Shown one piece after another: positions 17,306 through 26,559 of a stretch of DNA of 64,000 nt. The stretch is taken from IMG/VR virus record IMGVR_UViG_3300015063_000002, positions 3,200 to 67,199 of that record; one strand, 5' to 3'. Under the pieces are notes generated by a model, which searched no databases, was not told the DNA's origin, and saw only the letters and a list, made by a program, of their open reading frames with translations. Every line of letters begins with the position of its first letter. Within the stretch, counting starts at the first letter, position 1. The position numbers and the translations under genes are program-made. Source of the stretch: a virus.

Positions 17306-17826
17306 CTCGTTTCGGACTCTGGCTGCTTTACCCGAAAAGGGCTGGGTATGGAATGTTTTGGGTGAGGTTCGGGTGCATAGCCTGAGTATGCGTTAGGGGT
17401 GGTGCTAGTGAACTGGGTGTCACACGTTACAGTAATACTGTTTGGGTCAGGCTGCGTTGGTATGATCGGCGATTGCGGTCGGTAGGGCCGCACTAGCCAT
17501 TCGCCCTGGCTGCGGAGCAGGTCTTGATTGCGTCGTGCCTGCTCACGTGCGCGGTCTTCGTCACGCCACTTTCGGTCTCGTTCCTTGCGGGCTTCGAGAA
17601 AATCGTCGTAAGCCTCCGCACTGACCATAACCGGAGGTTCGATGCACTCGCGATAGGTAGCCTTGAACTGGGCGTCACCCATAACGACTACACTACCATC
17701 TGGATTCGTGATCATCCAATCGCCGGGTTTAACGTCGTACTCGAAGCCTTCTTGAGCGTAAAGCTTGGCAATACAATTGAACTGTACCGCCTCGACCTCG
17801 ACCGGCTTACTTACAAATTTAGCCAC
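17302..17826 (-). CDS. Phage hypothetical protein
   Basis: N-terminal KPVEVEAVQF...GDWMI...F.ATY pattern common in phage proteins. Confidence 0.55.
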   Translation of the reverse strand: MAKFVSKPVEVEAVQFNCIAKLYAQEGFEYDVKPGDWMITNPDGSVVVMGDAQFKATYRECIEPPVMVSAEAYDDFLEARKERDRKWRDEDRAREQARRNQDLLRSQGEWLVRPYRPQSPIIPTQPDPNSITVTCDTQFTSTTPNAYSGYAPEPHPKHSIPSPFRVKQPESETR

Positions 17827-17833
17827 TAACTAT

Positions 17834-19357
17834 TTACCCCTCTTCCTCTACCGCCTCGATTATTCGCACACCCGGCAGGTAACGGATGGTCTTACCACCG
17901 TCGCCGAGTTGGGCTATCGGCGTTACGCCGTCCGGCCCGTAGATGTAGTGCATTCCCGGCTGTTCGTCTTCATTCCCATAACTACTACCATGCCCGCCGC
18001 GCCTGCTCTGGGCCGACATCGGGGCGTCCGGGTCGTCTTCGAGTATGAGGTGCCGGTTGGCAAGCCGCTTCATGGTTTGCCGCTTCTCCCACAAAGAGAG
18101 GGACTTCAGGCTGTCCACCTTGCCCACGATGTCCAGAATGGAGGCCACGTCGTCGAATATGGGAACGTCGAACTCGAAGTCCCAGCCGAACGCTCCGGTA
18201 ATTTCACTGAGTTTCCTTTGCCACATCTCGGCCAGGGGCGTGATGCACTCCAAATAGTAGGTGCGGTTGGCCGCGTCAAGTTTGTTGTACTGAGCGTCGT
18301 CCTGGTTGCCGAGCTTCGACTGTGGCACGCGGTACAACTGGCGGATGCGCTCCTGACCGAATTTCTTCCACTCAATCATCCCCATATCGGTTTGGCTGAG
18401 GCTGACGTTTTGCCAGGTCATGCCCTCTGTGAGTAGGGCAATTTTGAAGTGATTGCGTGCGCCCTGGAACTGTTCCTTAATCTCGCTCTTTAGCTGCTTG
18501 AACACCTTCGGTTCAGGCGAGCCGGGAGCCGAGATGATGCCGGATAGGACGGCCCCGTTAGCGAAGAAACCGCGCTGGTAGTCGTCAATACCGACCTGCG
18601 CGTCCAAAATACCGGAAGCGACGGCCAGCTTGGACATTCCCCAGAAGATCGAAACCGGGTTAACCTCTTTAGCATGGCAAATGAGGTCGGGTTCGGCGGC
18701 CAGCGTCGTGTTACCGCTGAGGTAGTAGTAGCCGATTAGCCCTTCGTCCGCCTCTACTATCGGCTGTGTCCAGTTCGGATTGAGCGGCCAGAGGAATTCC
18801 GGCCAGCCCAGTTCGTTCGGGTTGTCTTTGAGGGCCAGGGCGTTGCCGGTCAGTCCAAAGTACATCTGTTGGAGAGCCATAAACTCAAACCAACTCTGGT
18901 AAGGGTTAGGATTACGGAGGAGGGCGGTCAGAGTCTGGAACTGCTTTAGCTCCCAACTGTCCTCGAAAAGCCGGGTCGTCCTGGCTATCTCCTGGGTGGA
19001 GGCGTGAGACGCTTCCTCGACCACCGTGCCAGTCTTCTTGTGACGCAACTTCCACTTCAACCGGGCGATGGTTTCGGCGATCAGGCTGACGCAGGCGTGA
19101 ACCGTGTCGTCGGCGGTAAAGGCTCCGGCCTGCTCTGCGGGCGTCCTGAAACGACTAAGGGCGATGTTAGATTGGTTGCCGCCCATCCCGCCACCGAACA
19201 TCCCGGTGCCACCGTAAGTTGACCAGCCAGCGTCACCGTCAAGCCCGCCAGTGAAGCTCTTGGCTTCGCTTTGGATAGCGGTAGTGGGTGTCGTGGCGGG
19301 CTGGCTCTGGCTCTGAGCGCGGCGGGCTTTTCGATTGTTGCGCGAGGGTTTGGACAT
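17834..19357 (-). CDS. HK97-family portal protein
   Basis: TVHACVSLIAETIARL, PNPYQSWFEF, GNALA, LWPLNP, FFANGA..SGII, YRVPQSKLG. Confidence 0.92.
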   Translation of the reverse strand: MSKPSRNNRKARRAQSQSQPATTPTTAIQSEAKSFTGGLDGDAGWSTYGGTGMFGGGMGGNQSNIALSRFRTPAEQAGAFTADDTVHACVSLIAETIARLKWKLRHKKTGTVVEEASHASTQEIARTTRLFEDSWELKQFQTLTALLRNPNPYQSWFEFMALQQMYFGLTGNALALKDNPNELGWPEFLWPLNPNWTQPIVEADEGLIGYYYLSGNTTLAAEPDLICHAKEVNPVSIFWGMSKLAVASGILDAQVGIDDYQRGFFANGAVLSGIISAPGSPEPKVFKQLKSEIKEQFQGARNHFKIALLTEGMTWQNVSLSQTDMGMIEWKKFGQERIRQLYRVPQSKLGNQDDAQYNKLDAANRTYYLECITPLAEMWQRKLSEITGAFGWDFEFDVPIFDDVASILDIVGKVDSLKSLSLWEKRQTMKRLANRHLILEDDPDAPMSAQSRRGGHGSSYGNEDEQPGMHYIYGPDGVTPIAQLGDGGKTIRYLPGVRIIEAVEEEG

Positions 19358-19365
19358 CTGGTTAG

Positions 19366-21006
19366 TTACTCGTCGTTTTCGCTGGGGTCATCATCGTCAT
19401 CGTCATCGCTCAACAGGTTCAAGACTCGGTAGCCTGGCTTGGGTTTGTGAGACTTTCTAACTTCGTAAGCAATAGCGCGGGCCATTATCCGGTCATCGTG
19501 ACACTTGTAAATGGCCCCCACCTTACCGTCAGGGTGTCGAACGAAGGTGTAACACTCCCGGAAAAACCCGGTATCGTGGAAGACCCCCGGCCAGTCTTCC
19601 ATCATCTGTTCGAGCGTGGTGAGCAGGATCGGCTTGGTCTTGCGGTTAGTCGGGTAGCCCGGTAACTTCGTGGCCCGGTCATTTCGCACATCGTAGTCCT
19701 GATGCTCGTAGATTTCGGGATAGTGTTCCTGGTAGATGAGCGTCGTCAGAACCGCGTGGCCGTGATTGTTTCGTTCGACCGCGATCACAGCCTCGTTGTA
19801 CTCGTGTCCGATGTCGGAAAGTAGTTCGGCGTAATCGTGCGGCTTCCACAGCCCATGCAGGGCGGCTACTTCCTGGCCGGTCGCCGTGTCAATAACACTT
19901 GCCGCGTCATAGTCCCCGCCCGGTAGCCCCTCGGCCACGTCTGCACCGATGATGTAGGTATGGTCAGGCTGGGGAGCTTGCCAGATTAGGACGCCACCGT
20001 TCTTACGGGTCTGGAGCGGTTCCTGTGCGCCCTCGGCTCTGGCCCGGCTGATCGTTTCTTCCTCGAAGTAGAGGTTGCCACTGGTTAGAAAACAACTCGT
20101 CTCGTCTTCGGGATACTCCTGGTGGAAGAGTTTCTTCAGGGCGGCTATTTTCCAGCGTCGCCAGTTGATTTGCTGCCGGTCGAGGCGGTGCTTCTCGACC
20201 AGGGCCGTTTCTTCTTTGTTAAAGGAGGCGTAAGGGTCAATGTTGTAGGCCAGGGCTTCGGCGTCCGTCAGCCGGTACTCGATTTGCCACCACCAGGGGA
20301 AGAAGAAAGGCTTGTAGTTGTTCTTGCCTTCGAGGGCGTCCACGTACTCGGTGTGGAAGTAGCCGCCCGCACCTTTGGCAGTTGACTCCAGGTCTACGTA
20401 AGCGTTCTTGGGAGCGGTTTCGAGCAGGCCGCTTATAAGCTCGTCCGGGTTGGGCCACAGGGCCACCTCCGAACCGTGAATGTCGTTGACGGTAACACCG
20501 CGCCCGATACCGTTCTCGTTACCTGCCGTGAAGATAACGTAGCGAGAGTTTATCTCCGGGAAGTACAACTCACGCCGGTTGTTGTATTTGGTTTTAGGCC
20601 GAAACTCCGGCGGCAAGTTGTTGTAAAAGAACTGAACTGTCTGGAAGAGTAGTTCGGTAGTCGTCGAGTCGTGGGCGACCGAGACGGCTGTCCAGTTAGG
20701 GATCGTACACACGCGAGCGAACCGGCGAGCCAGGTGGAAGGTACTCATGCCGACCTGACGCGGCTTCAAATAGATGTTGCGGCGGGCCTGTTCCAGGGCT
20801 ACCCGGCGTTGGATCGGGGTGAAACGAAATGGGACGGTCTTAGCATCTTTGGTCTTAACAACGAGCAGGGTCTCGATATATTTGAGGTCATCTAAGAGTA
20901 CCTCGGCTATGTCCTCGAAGGAGCGGCGGTTGGTACCAGTGTCCTCGGTGTCGGTGTCGGTGCTTTGCTGGTTAGTGCTGTTATCGTCGTCCGTCCCCGC
21001 TTCCAT
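19366..21006 (-). CDS. terL: Terminase large subunit
   Basis: Walker A region YLKPRQVGMST, Walker B DIHGSE, LESTAKG, RNase H-like YIIGADVAEG...DDRIMA. Confidence 0.92.
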   Translation of the reverse strand: MEAGTDDDNSTNQQSTDTDTEDTGTNRRSFEDIAEVLLDDLKYIETLLVVKTKDAKTVPFRFTPIQRRVALEQARRNIYLKPRQVGMSTFHLARRFARVCTIPNWTAVSVAHDSTTTELLFQTVQFFYNNLPPEFRPKTKYNNRRELYFPEINSRYVIFTAGNENGIGRGVTVNDIHGSEVALWPNPDELISGLLETAPKNAYVDLESTAKGAGGYFHTEYVDALEGKNNYKPFFFPWWWQIEYRLTDAEALAYNIDPYASFNKEETALVEKHRLDRQQINWRRWKIAALKKLFHQEYPEDETSCFLTSGNLYFEEETISRARAEGAQEPLQTRKNGGVLIWQAPQPDHTYIIGADVAEGLPGGDYDAASVIDTATGQEVAALHGLWKPHDYAELLSDIGHEYNEAVIAVERNNHGHAVLTTLIYQEHYPEIYEHQDYDVRNDRATKLPGYPTNRKTKPILLTTLEQMMEDWPGVFHDTGFFRECYTFVRHPDGKVGAIYKCHDDRIMARAIAYEVRKSHKPKPGYRVLNLLSDDDDDDDPSENDE

Positions 21007-21418
21007 CCGTCGTTTCGTTCCCGTCTTCGCTACCCGGCTGTGGTGCTACTTCTTCGACTTCGACCAGGCCGCGAGAGGTGCGTAGCTCGCGGATTAACTG
21101 ACCGTAAACGCTAATCTTGTCCTCAGCGTCTTCGTCTTTGGTGCGCTGGACTGGTGTGCCGATGATGTGGTTCATAAGGTAGCTACCGGCTTTGAAGTCC
21201 GGCGGTTTAGAGTAAATTTCGACCCCACCAGTGTCCTCGTCCACTTCCTTGACTGTGACACCGACGGCCAGGCGGATTTGACCCAGGACGATCTCGTCCC
21301 AGTTCTCTTTGATGAGTTCCTCGGCTCGGCCTATCGCTTCGGCGTTCTTATCTTCTTTGCGTGGCCGACCTGCTCCGGGCCTTGCGCCTCCGTTACCGCC
21401 CTTTTTCTCGTAAGCCAT
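20981..21418 (-). CDS. terS: Probable terminase small subunit
   Basis: Directly upstream of and overlapping terL; GAGRPRK N-terminus. Confidence 0.65.
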   Translation of the reverse strand: MAYEKKGGNGGARPGAGRPRKEDKNAEAIGRAEELIKENWDEIVLGQIRLAVGVTVKEVDEDTGGVEIYSKPPDFKAGSYLMNHIIGTPVQRTKDEDAEDKISVYGQLIRELRTSRGLVEVEEVAPQPGSEDGNETTDGSGDGRR

Positions 21419-21460
21419 AAAAATCTCAGTTTTTCAGTTTTTCGGTATTTCAGTTTGCAC

Positions 21461-22003
21461 TTACTTACTAGCCACGTGCGCTTTTATCTTTTCCAACAGT
21501 GGGTTAGGTAAGTCCGTATCTGACTTTCCAATATTGCAGTCAAAACACGATGTAATTAAGTTGCTTAGTTCTTCGACACCACCCGCTTCAGGTGGTTCGA
21601 TGTGATCGACCCGCAGTTGTACCTTGTCTTTCAAAGTGGTTCTACCGCAATATTGACACGTAAAACTATCCCTTACTAGAACTTGATACCTCAGTTTTGC
21701 CGGGGTGATCTTGGAACGTTTGCGTAGATTCTTGGTAAGTCTGTCAGTCAGGATGGTTGAAAGGGTAATCAAATCTTGGCTACCGAACCCCCTAGCATCT
21801 TCCCCTAGCATACCGAGCATTTTATTGAGGGTTGCCATTAAAACTTCATACTCGGCAGCAATAAGGTTTTGCTCGTAAATCTCGCCTAGCTTTTCAAGCC
21901 TGTCAGTAAATTCAGGCGAGCTTTTGCGTGGTCGGCCTGCTCCGGGCCTTGCACCGCCGTGGTTGCCAGTAGTCATATATGTTTCCTTTCCAATAAAAGA
22001 CAA
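21461..22003 (-). CDS. HNH endonuclease next to the terminase genes
   Basis: CQYCG...VDHIEP...GG...SNLITSCFDCNIGK. Confidence 0.85.
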   Translation of the reverse strand: MSFIGKETYMTTGNHGGARPGAGRPRKSSPEFTDRLEKLGEIYEQNLIAAEYEVLMATLNKMLGMLGEDARGFGSQDLITLSTILTDRLTKNLRKRSKITPAKLRYQVLVRDSFTCQYCGRTTLKDKVQLRVDHIEPPEAGGVEELSNLITSCFDCNIGKSDTDLPNPLLEKIKAHVASK

Positions 22004-22120
22004 AAAGATTACACATACTCTATCTGGAAAATTTCTAATCTTTCAAAGTTTTTGAGTTCAAAATCCGTGAATTATTAGTGCTAATTCAAAATTTCAATAA
22101 CCTGAGTCTTATTGATTGAA

Positions 22121-22201
22121 AGCGAGGGGCGGGATTTGAACCCGCATGGGGCCAGGTATCTTCCAACCCGGTCTGCCTTATACCTATCGAGCCACCCTCA
22201 C
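22121..22201 (-). tRNA. tRNA-like element with aberrant anticodon arm
   Basis: Acceptor GTGAGGG/CCCTCGC, T-arm GCGGG-TTCAAAT-CCCGC, D-arm present; anticodon arm has a 7-bp stem with one mismatch and a 10-nt loop TTGGAAGATA. Confidence 0.55.
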
Positions 22202-22214
22202 TCGTTGAACAAAG

Positions 22215-22451
22215 TTAATCTTTACTTTCAGGTCGGGTGCCTGTAACTCTAAAAGGGCTAGGTATGCCACCAGGGGGAGGCGGTTCACGTTCATAACCAC
22301 CCTGCTTTCTTGTGCCATCTACACCCGGCCAGTCCAGCGTTCCCCGTACCATCGCCACCACCAGCATGATCGTTACACCGACAAGGAAACCGCCAATGTT
22401 GATCACGTCGAAGATCAGTGCCGCTAGGAAGATTACTTCTTGCACCGACAT
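22215..22451 (-). CDS. Small membrane protein
   Basis: Hydrophobic N-terminal half. Confidence 0.5.
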   Translation of the reverse strand: MSVQEVIFLAALIFDVINIGGFLVGVTIMLVVAMVRGTLDWPGVDGTRKQGGYEREPPPPGGIPSPFRVTGTRPESKD

Positions 22452-22620
22452 TTACTTGAAAGCCTGGTAAAGATGGTGGGTGGCGTTTATGGCGCAGACC
22501 GCAGCCTCGAAGGGCTTGCGACGCGGGTAAACCCACAAAACGGACAGTATGGCCCAGCCGATTGCCAGAAACAGGTTGGTGGGTACGGAGTGTGGAAACT
22601 TGTTTGTTATCATCTTTGTC

Positions 22621-23037
22621 CTATGCCTTTTGCAAAGTAGCTATCACGGCGGCCAGCCGCTCTACCCCGGCTAAAATGTCACCGCAAGTTTCACCCGGTG
22701 TGGCACTCGACTCGATAAACGCAAGCCGCTTGTTAATCATGCGGTAGAGGGTAAGCAAGCACTCGTCATGAACCCCTGATGGGTTGGGTTCGGGTTCGGA
22801 CTCACCTGAGAACGTTTCGCCCTCATCCTCGTTTTCGCCGTCGTCTGAGGCAGAATTAACCGGGCGGATCGTGATGGTGGTATCAGTCAGGTCGTTTTCG
22901 ATTTGTCTAACCCTTACCCTGATACCGGCATAGGTGAACTCGTTAAATTTGCCCGTTAACCCGTTTTGTAAATGTTCGTCAAACCATCGGCCCGTGCCTG
23001 TCATGCCTTCGGCGTCTTCAATGTGTACTTTGATCAT
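22621..23037 (-). CDS. Hypothetical protein
   Basis: ORF with RBS in a co-oriented block. Confidence 0.55.
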   Translation of the reverse strand: MIKVHIEDAEGMTGTGRWFDEHLQNGLTGKFNEFTYAGIRVRVRQIENDLTDTTITIRPVNSASDDGENEDEGETFSGESEPEPNPSGVHDECLLTLYRMINKRLAFIESSATPGETCGDILAGVERLAAVIATLQKA

Positions 23038-23135
23038 GCTTTCTTCTTTCTCACTCTGATTAGTAGGTAGCTCGGTTTGGGCTGTTACTTACTTCCAGCC
23101 CGGTCTAAAACGGTTGCTGGTTCGGCGTGAGGTCT

Positions 23136-23690
23136 TCATGCTCGATACTCCAACTCGTAAAGATAGTCCTCAATGCGTTCGATCAGCCGGTCGGCCAGGT
23201 CAAGTGGTGAACGCGCCGGGTAAGGATTTGGTCGGGCAAAGTTGTAACGGATGATCTCCCTGGCCTGGCTCATTGAGAGCGCACTCTCGTTAATCGGGAT
23301 GTCTCGGCTCAGGGCTATTTCGGCTTCCAGGGCGACCACACCTAGCACATCCGGCATTTCAAGTCCTGATATGGGGAGTAGGTCGGTGGCGGGGGCTGGT
23401 CGGTCGCCAAAGCAACCATGCTCCGTGTGCCACAAGACAGAAGCGATATGCTGGCAGATGTAAGGCTTCTTTTGGTACCACTCACAGTTGCACCAGACCT
23501 TGCGTTCAGCCGGGATAATCCAGACTCGGAAAGAGTAGGTCGAGAACGAAAACTGGGTCAGAACCTCATAGATGTACTCGCCGGGCAGTGAAGTCGGATC
23601 GTTTGGCAAAAGCCTGGGCTTGGACGAATCATCGTCGAGAGCCTGAATGATGGTGTCCGGGCTGTTGACATAGGGGGTGTAGTCGATCAT
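23136..23690 (-). CDS. SWIM zinc-finger protein
   Basis: WCNCEW...ICQHI. Confidence 0.7.
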   Translation of the reverse strand: MIDYTPYVNSPDTIIQALDDDSSKPRLLPNDPTSLPGEYIYEVLTQFSFSTYSFRVWIIPAERKVWCNCEWYQKKPYICQHIASVLWHTEHGCFGDRPAPATDLLPISGLEMPDVLGVVALEAEIALSRDIPINESALSMSQAREIIRYNFARPNPYPARSPLDLADRLIERIEDYLYELEYRA

Positions 23691-23692
23691 AG

Positions 23693-24325
23693 TTACTGCT
23701 TGGCTACCTCCGGCACCGGCACCCCGGCGGTGGTGGTCGGCAACGGGTTCTTACGCGGTCGGCCACGTCCCCGCTTTACCGGCGTCGGTAAGTTGATCGT
23801 GGGGACGGCGGTGGACGGTTCGTGGTAGGACTCAAGGTCAATCGGTATGTCGGTATCGCGGGGTGTGGTCGGTGCTGACTTAGTACCATATACACACTCG
23901 TTGAAGAATTCGACAATCTCGCTGGTTTGAGCCTTTCCCCCGGTGTAGGTCGAGAAAAGGCTATCCCGCAACCGTTTTCCGATTACCTTTTCAGCATCCA
24001 GGGCGGTTTGGGTTTCAATAGCCGAAAGCTCGATAACAACCTCACCTGTGTGAAGGTTGATCAGAGCATCAGGATAAACGATACCGGCGTCTTGCTCGGC
24101 CTGGGCTTTAGCCTTAGCCCCGGTTTTGATGTTGCCCTCGTGGATGAACACCCGGCGACCGGATACCCGGTTCATCTCACGCACGAACTGATCGCATTCG
24201 AGCGGGGTTAGTTGGCCCGCCTCAACCCAGACGTGTAGGCTGGGCTTGAAGGAATTGAAATTGGGGCTGGTGGTGCTGGTGGTACGACGGCGATGGTTAG
24301 GACTAAAGCTACCAATCATTAACAA
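23693..24325 (-). CDS. Hypothetical protein with AT-hook-like motif
   Basis: KRGRGRPRK near the C-terminus. Confidence 0.55.
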   Translation of the reverse strand: MLMIGSFSPNHRRRTTSTTSPNFNSFKPSLHVWVEAGQLTPLECDQFVREMNRVSGRRVFIHEGNIKTGAKAKAQAEQDAGIVYPDALINLHTGEVVIELSAIETQTALDAEKVIGKRLRDSLFSTYTGGKAQTSEIVEFFNECVYGTKSAPTTPRDTDIPIDLESYHEPSTAVPTINLPTPVKRGRGRPRKNPLPTTTAGVPVPEVAKQ

Positions 24326-24623
24326 TGGCCTCCGGTGTTTCTAAATGCTCGTAGTCTTCAACTTCAAATCTCTGACAGGCGTTCGTTGCCCGGCGCAAAT
24401 CGCCTTTACTGAACTTGGGGCTTTTACGTAACCCCAGGGCGTGCTTGATCCAAATGACACGCTGGCAATACTTACAACCAGGGAGAGCAATCCCTTTGGC
24501 GTGAAGGCTACCTTCCGGGTAGACCGGGCCGTTTTGGGCTTTATCGAGTCTCGTAGCCTGGCGCAGAGCGGCTTTAAGCTGAGCGTGGGTAAGTTCACGC
24601 GGTTGAGCGGGCTTGTTGTTCAT
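24309..24623 (-). CDS. Hypothetical protein
   Basis: CKYC motif; co-oriented with neighbours. Confidence 0.5.
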   Translation of the reverse strand: MNNKPAQPRELTHAQLKAALRQATRLDKAQNGPVYPEGSLHAKGIALPGCKYCQRVIWIKHALGLRKSPKFSKGDLRRATNACQRFEVEDYEHLETPEAIVNDW

Positions 24624-24674
24624 GTGTCTCTGGTTGGTAGTGGTTGGGTAGTTAGCTGTCTGGTCGGTCGGTCA

Positions 24675-25052
24675 CTAGGCGAAACTCGGTTGGAATAGAA
24701 GCCAGGCTTGCCTAACCTGTGCATAAAGGTGGGCGGCTCGGATTACCGCATCGTGGATCGTAGTGGCGTCTAACTTGGCAATGATGTTACTAGCGTGGAA
24801 GGCGACGGCTTTGGGCGAGATACCAAGCTTTTCGGCTACGTCCTGCCGACGAAGGGCCGGGTTGCAAAAGCACATCACGACTTCGATTTCCCTACCGGAC
24901 AGGGGTCTGTTCACCAGCTTGATTTCGGCTTTGAGGATGGTTGCGTTCTTTTGCAGTTCCTTAAAAATAGCGGCGGAAGCCTCAGACGAAAGGTGAGACT
25001 GTTGGGACGGTTGCTGCTGTTGTGACGAAGACTGGGTTGAACTGTTCGACAT
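24675..25052 (-). CDS. LuxR-type HTH regulator
   Basis: LSGREIEVV...DVAEKLGISPKAVAFHASNIIAKL. Confidence 0.8.
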   Translation of the reverse strand: MSNSSTQSSSQQQQPSQQSHLSSEASAAIFKELQKNATILKAEIKLVNRPLSGREIEVVMCFCNPALRRQDVAEKLGISPKAVAFHASNIIAKLDATTIHDAVIRAAHLYAQVRQAWLLFQPSFA

Positions 25053-25428
25053 TGCCTTGTTGTTACCTTGCTAGAAAGCTACTGTGACCAAACTATTGAC
25101 CGATAAAACGCTTGTTAGATGTGCCAATAAAACCTTACACATCCATTCTATCTTGAAACCAATATCGGGTCACTGGTGTTATGACCAGTTGTTTGAAAAG
25201 TTGTTGAAAGTCGCTCAAATCCGAATTTATGATGACATGATAACAAAGCAAGGTTACTTTGTACATTACATATATACACGAAATAGGTCAAAAACATTAC
25301 AGTATTTTAATAACCGGCCAATTCTGGCACGGTTCTTGAACCAGGGCGTTAAATTTTTAGCGGTGGGGGAGGGTCTTCGGAAAATGTAAATTTGTTGCAC
25401 ACCCTCCCCGTTCCCCTTACCCGTTCAT

Positions 25429-26502
25429 TCAACTGAGTAAGTCTTCCACCTTGCGCCAACTCTTGTCTTTTTTGGCTTCGATAGCTCCCAAATAGATTTG
25501 AGTGGTGGCTATCGAAGAGTGATCGAGGAACGCGCTAACTTCCTCTATTCCGTCGCCCGCCTTGCGCTTTAGCTTGGCTGCCGTATGTCTGAGCGCGTGG
25601 ACTTTGAGATGACCCAGCCCAGCCCGCTTCGCTGCTCCGTCCACGATGTAAGCGATTTGCCGAGGCGATATAGGGGTGGGGCTGGCCGCCGCCGCTATCC
25701 TTGCCGTCGTATGCCCAGCAGTGAGGACAATGGTCGAGGTGAAAAGGGGTGAGTCAGCCTTCATGCTGGCAAGTCTACCAGATGCTTTGAGGTAGCTTTC
25801 CAGGGCAGTCCAGGCCGGGCCGGGCAGATCGCGCCACCCACCCTTACCACCCTTGCCCTGGTAGTGGTACTCGTACTGCCCTATCTCGTCGCCAGGGCGC
25901 AGATCGGCCCAGAGGAGGCGGGCCACCTCGATACAACGCCTGCCCGTGTAAAGATAAAAGGTAGTGATAGCCCGGTCGCGCAGACCCTTCGTGGTGGACG
26001 GGTCGAATGCGGCGAGTAGAGCCTTTGCGCCCTCGATAGAAAGCCCCTGCGCTTTTTCGTAAGGGTTGACGTGTTCGCGTTGGACGACCGTCGCCGGGTT
26101 GAAGTTGTGGAGGTAGCGGCCCGGCTCAACCTCAAACTTGGCACAGGCGAAGGCGTAAAAGCTGGACACGGCGGCCAGCCTCGTGTTGATGGTGTTCTTG
26201 GCAAGGCCCGACTCGTGGAGCGTGCTAATCCAACGCTGTACGTCCGAACCGGATACGCTGGCCGGTGCTTTGGCGACGTGCTGGAAAAAGGCCGTCAGTA
26301 TCTTCTGGTACTCATTGCGCGACCGAGCCGACCCACGCCTGCGTTCGACCGCTTCGAGCCACGCAGTAGCACAGTCAATCCAGGGGTCGGCCAGGTCGCC
26401 CTGTTGCTGGGGCGGGAGTGGGAGGGTTAGAAGTTCGGTTGTCATCGTAGTCACGGGTTGTTGTTGTGTCATAGTTGGTGGATTGGTGGTCAGGGGTAAC
26501 AA
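25429..26502 (-). CDS. Tyrosine recombinase (XerC-like)
   Basis: TGRRCIE, GKGGK, HALRH, LDHSSIATTQIY. Confidence 0.9.
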   Translation of the reverse strand: MLPLTTNPPTMTQQQPVTTMTTELLTLPLPPQQQGDLADPWIDCATAWLEAVERRRGSARSRNEYQKILTAFFQHVAKAPASVSGSDVQRWISTLHESGLAKNTINTRLAAVSSFYAFACAKFEVEPGRYLHNFNPATVVQREHVNPYEKAQGLSIEGAKALLAAFDPSTTKGLRDRAITTFYLYTGRRCIEVARLLWADLRPGDEIGQYEYHYQGKGGKGGWRDLPGPAWTALESYLKASGRLASMKADSPLFTSTIVLTAGHTTARIAAAASPTPISPRQIAYIVDGAAKRAGLGHLKVHALRHTAAKLKRKAGDGIEEVSAFLDHSSIATTQIYLGAIEAKKDKSWRKVEDLLS

Positions 26503-26559
26503 AATGTTGTCGTGAATGTAACAGGGAGTGGGTGGGGATGGGGGATGGGTTGGGTCAGG

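Noticed and set aside
25084-25389. 101-aa plus-strand ORF in a minus-strand block
   Set aside because: GTG start without an RBS, opposite orientation and no motifs; cannot be supported as a gene.
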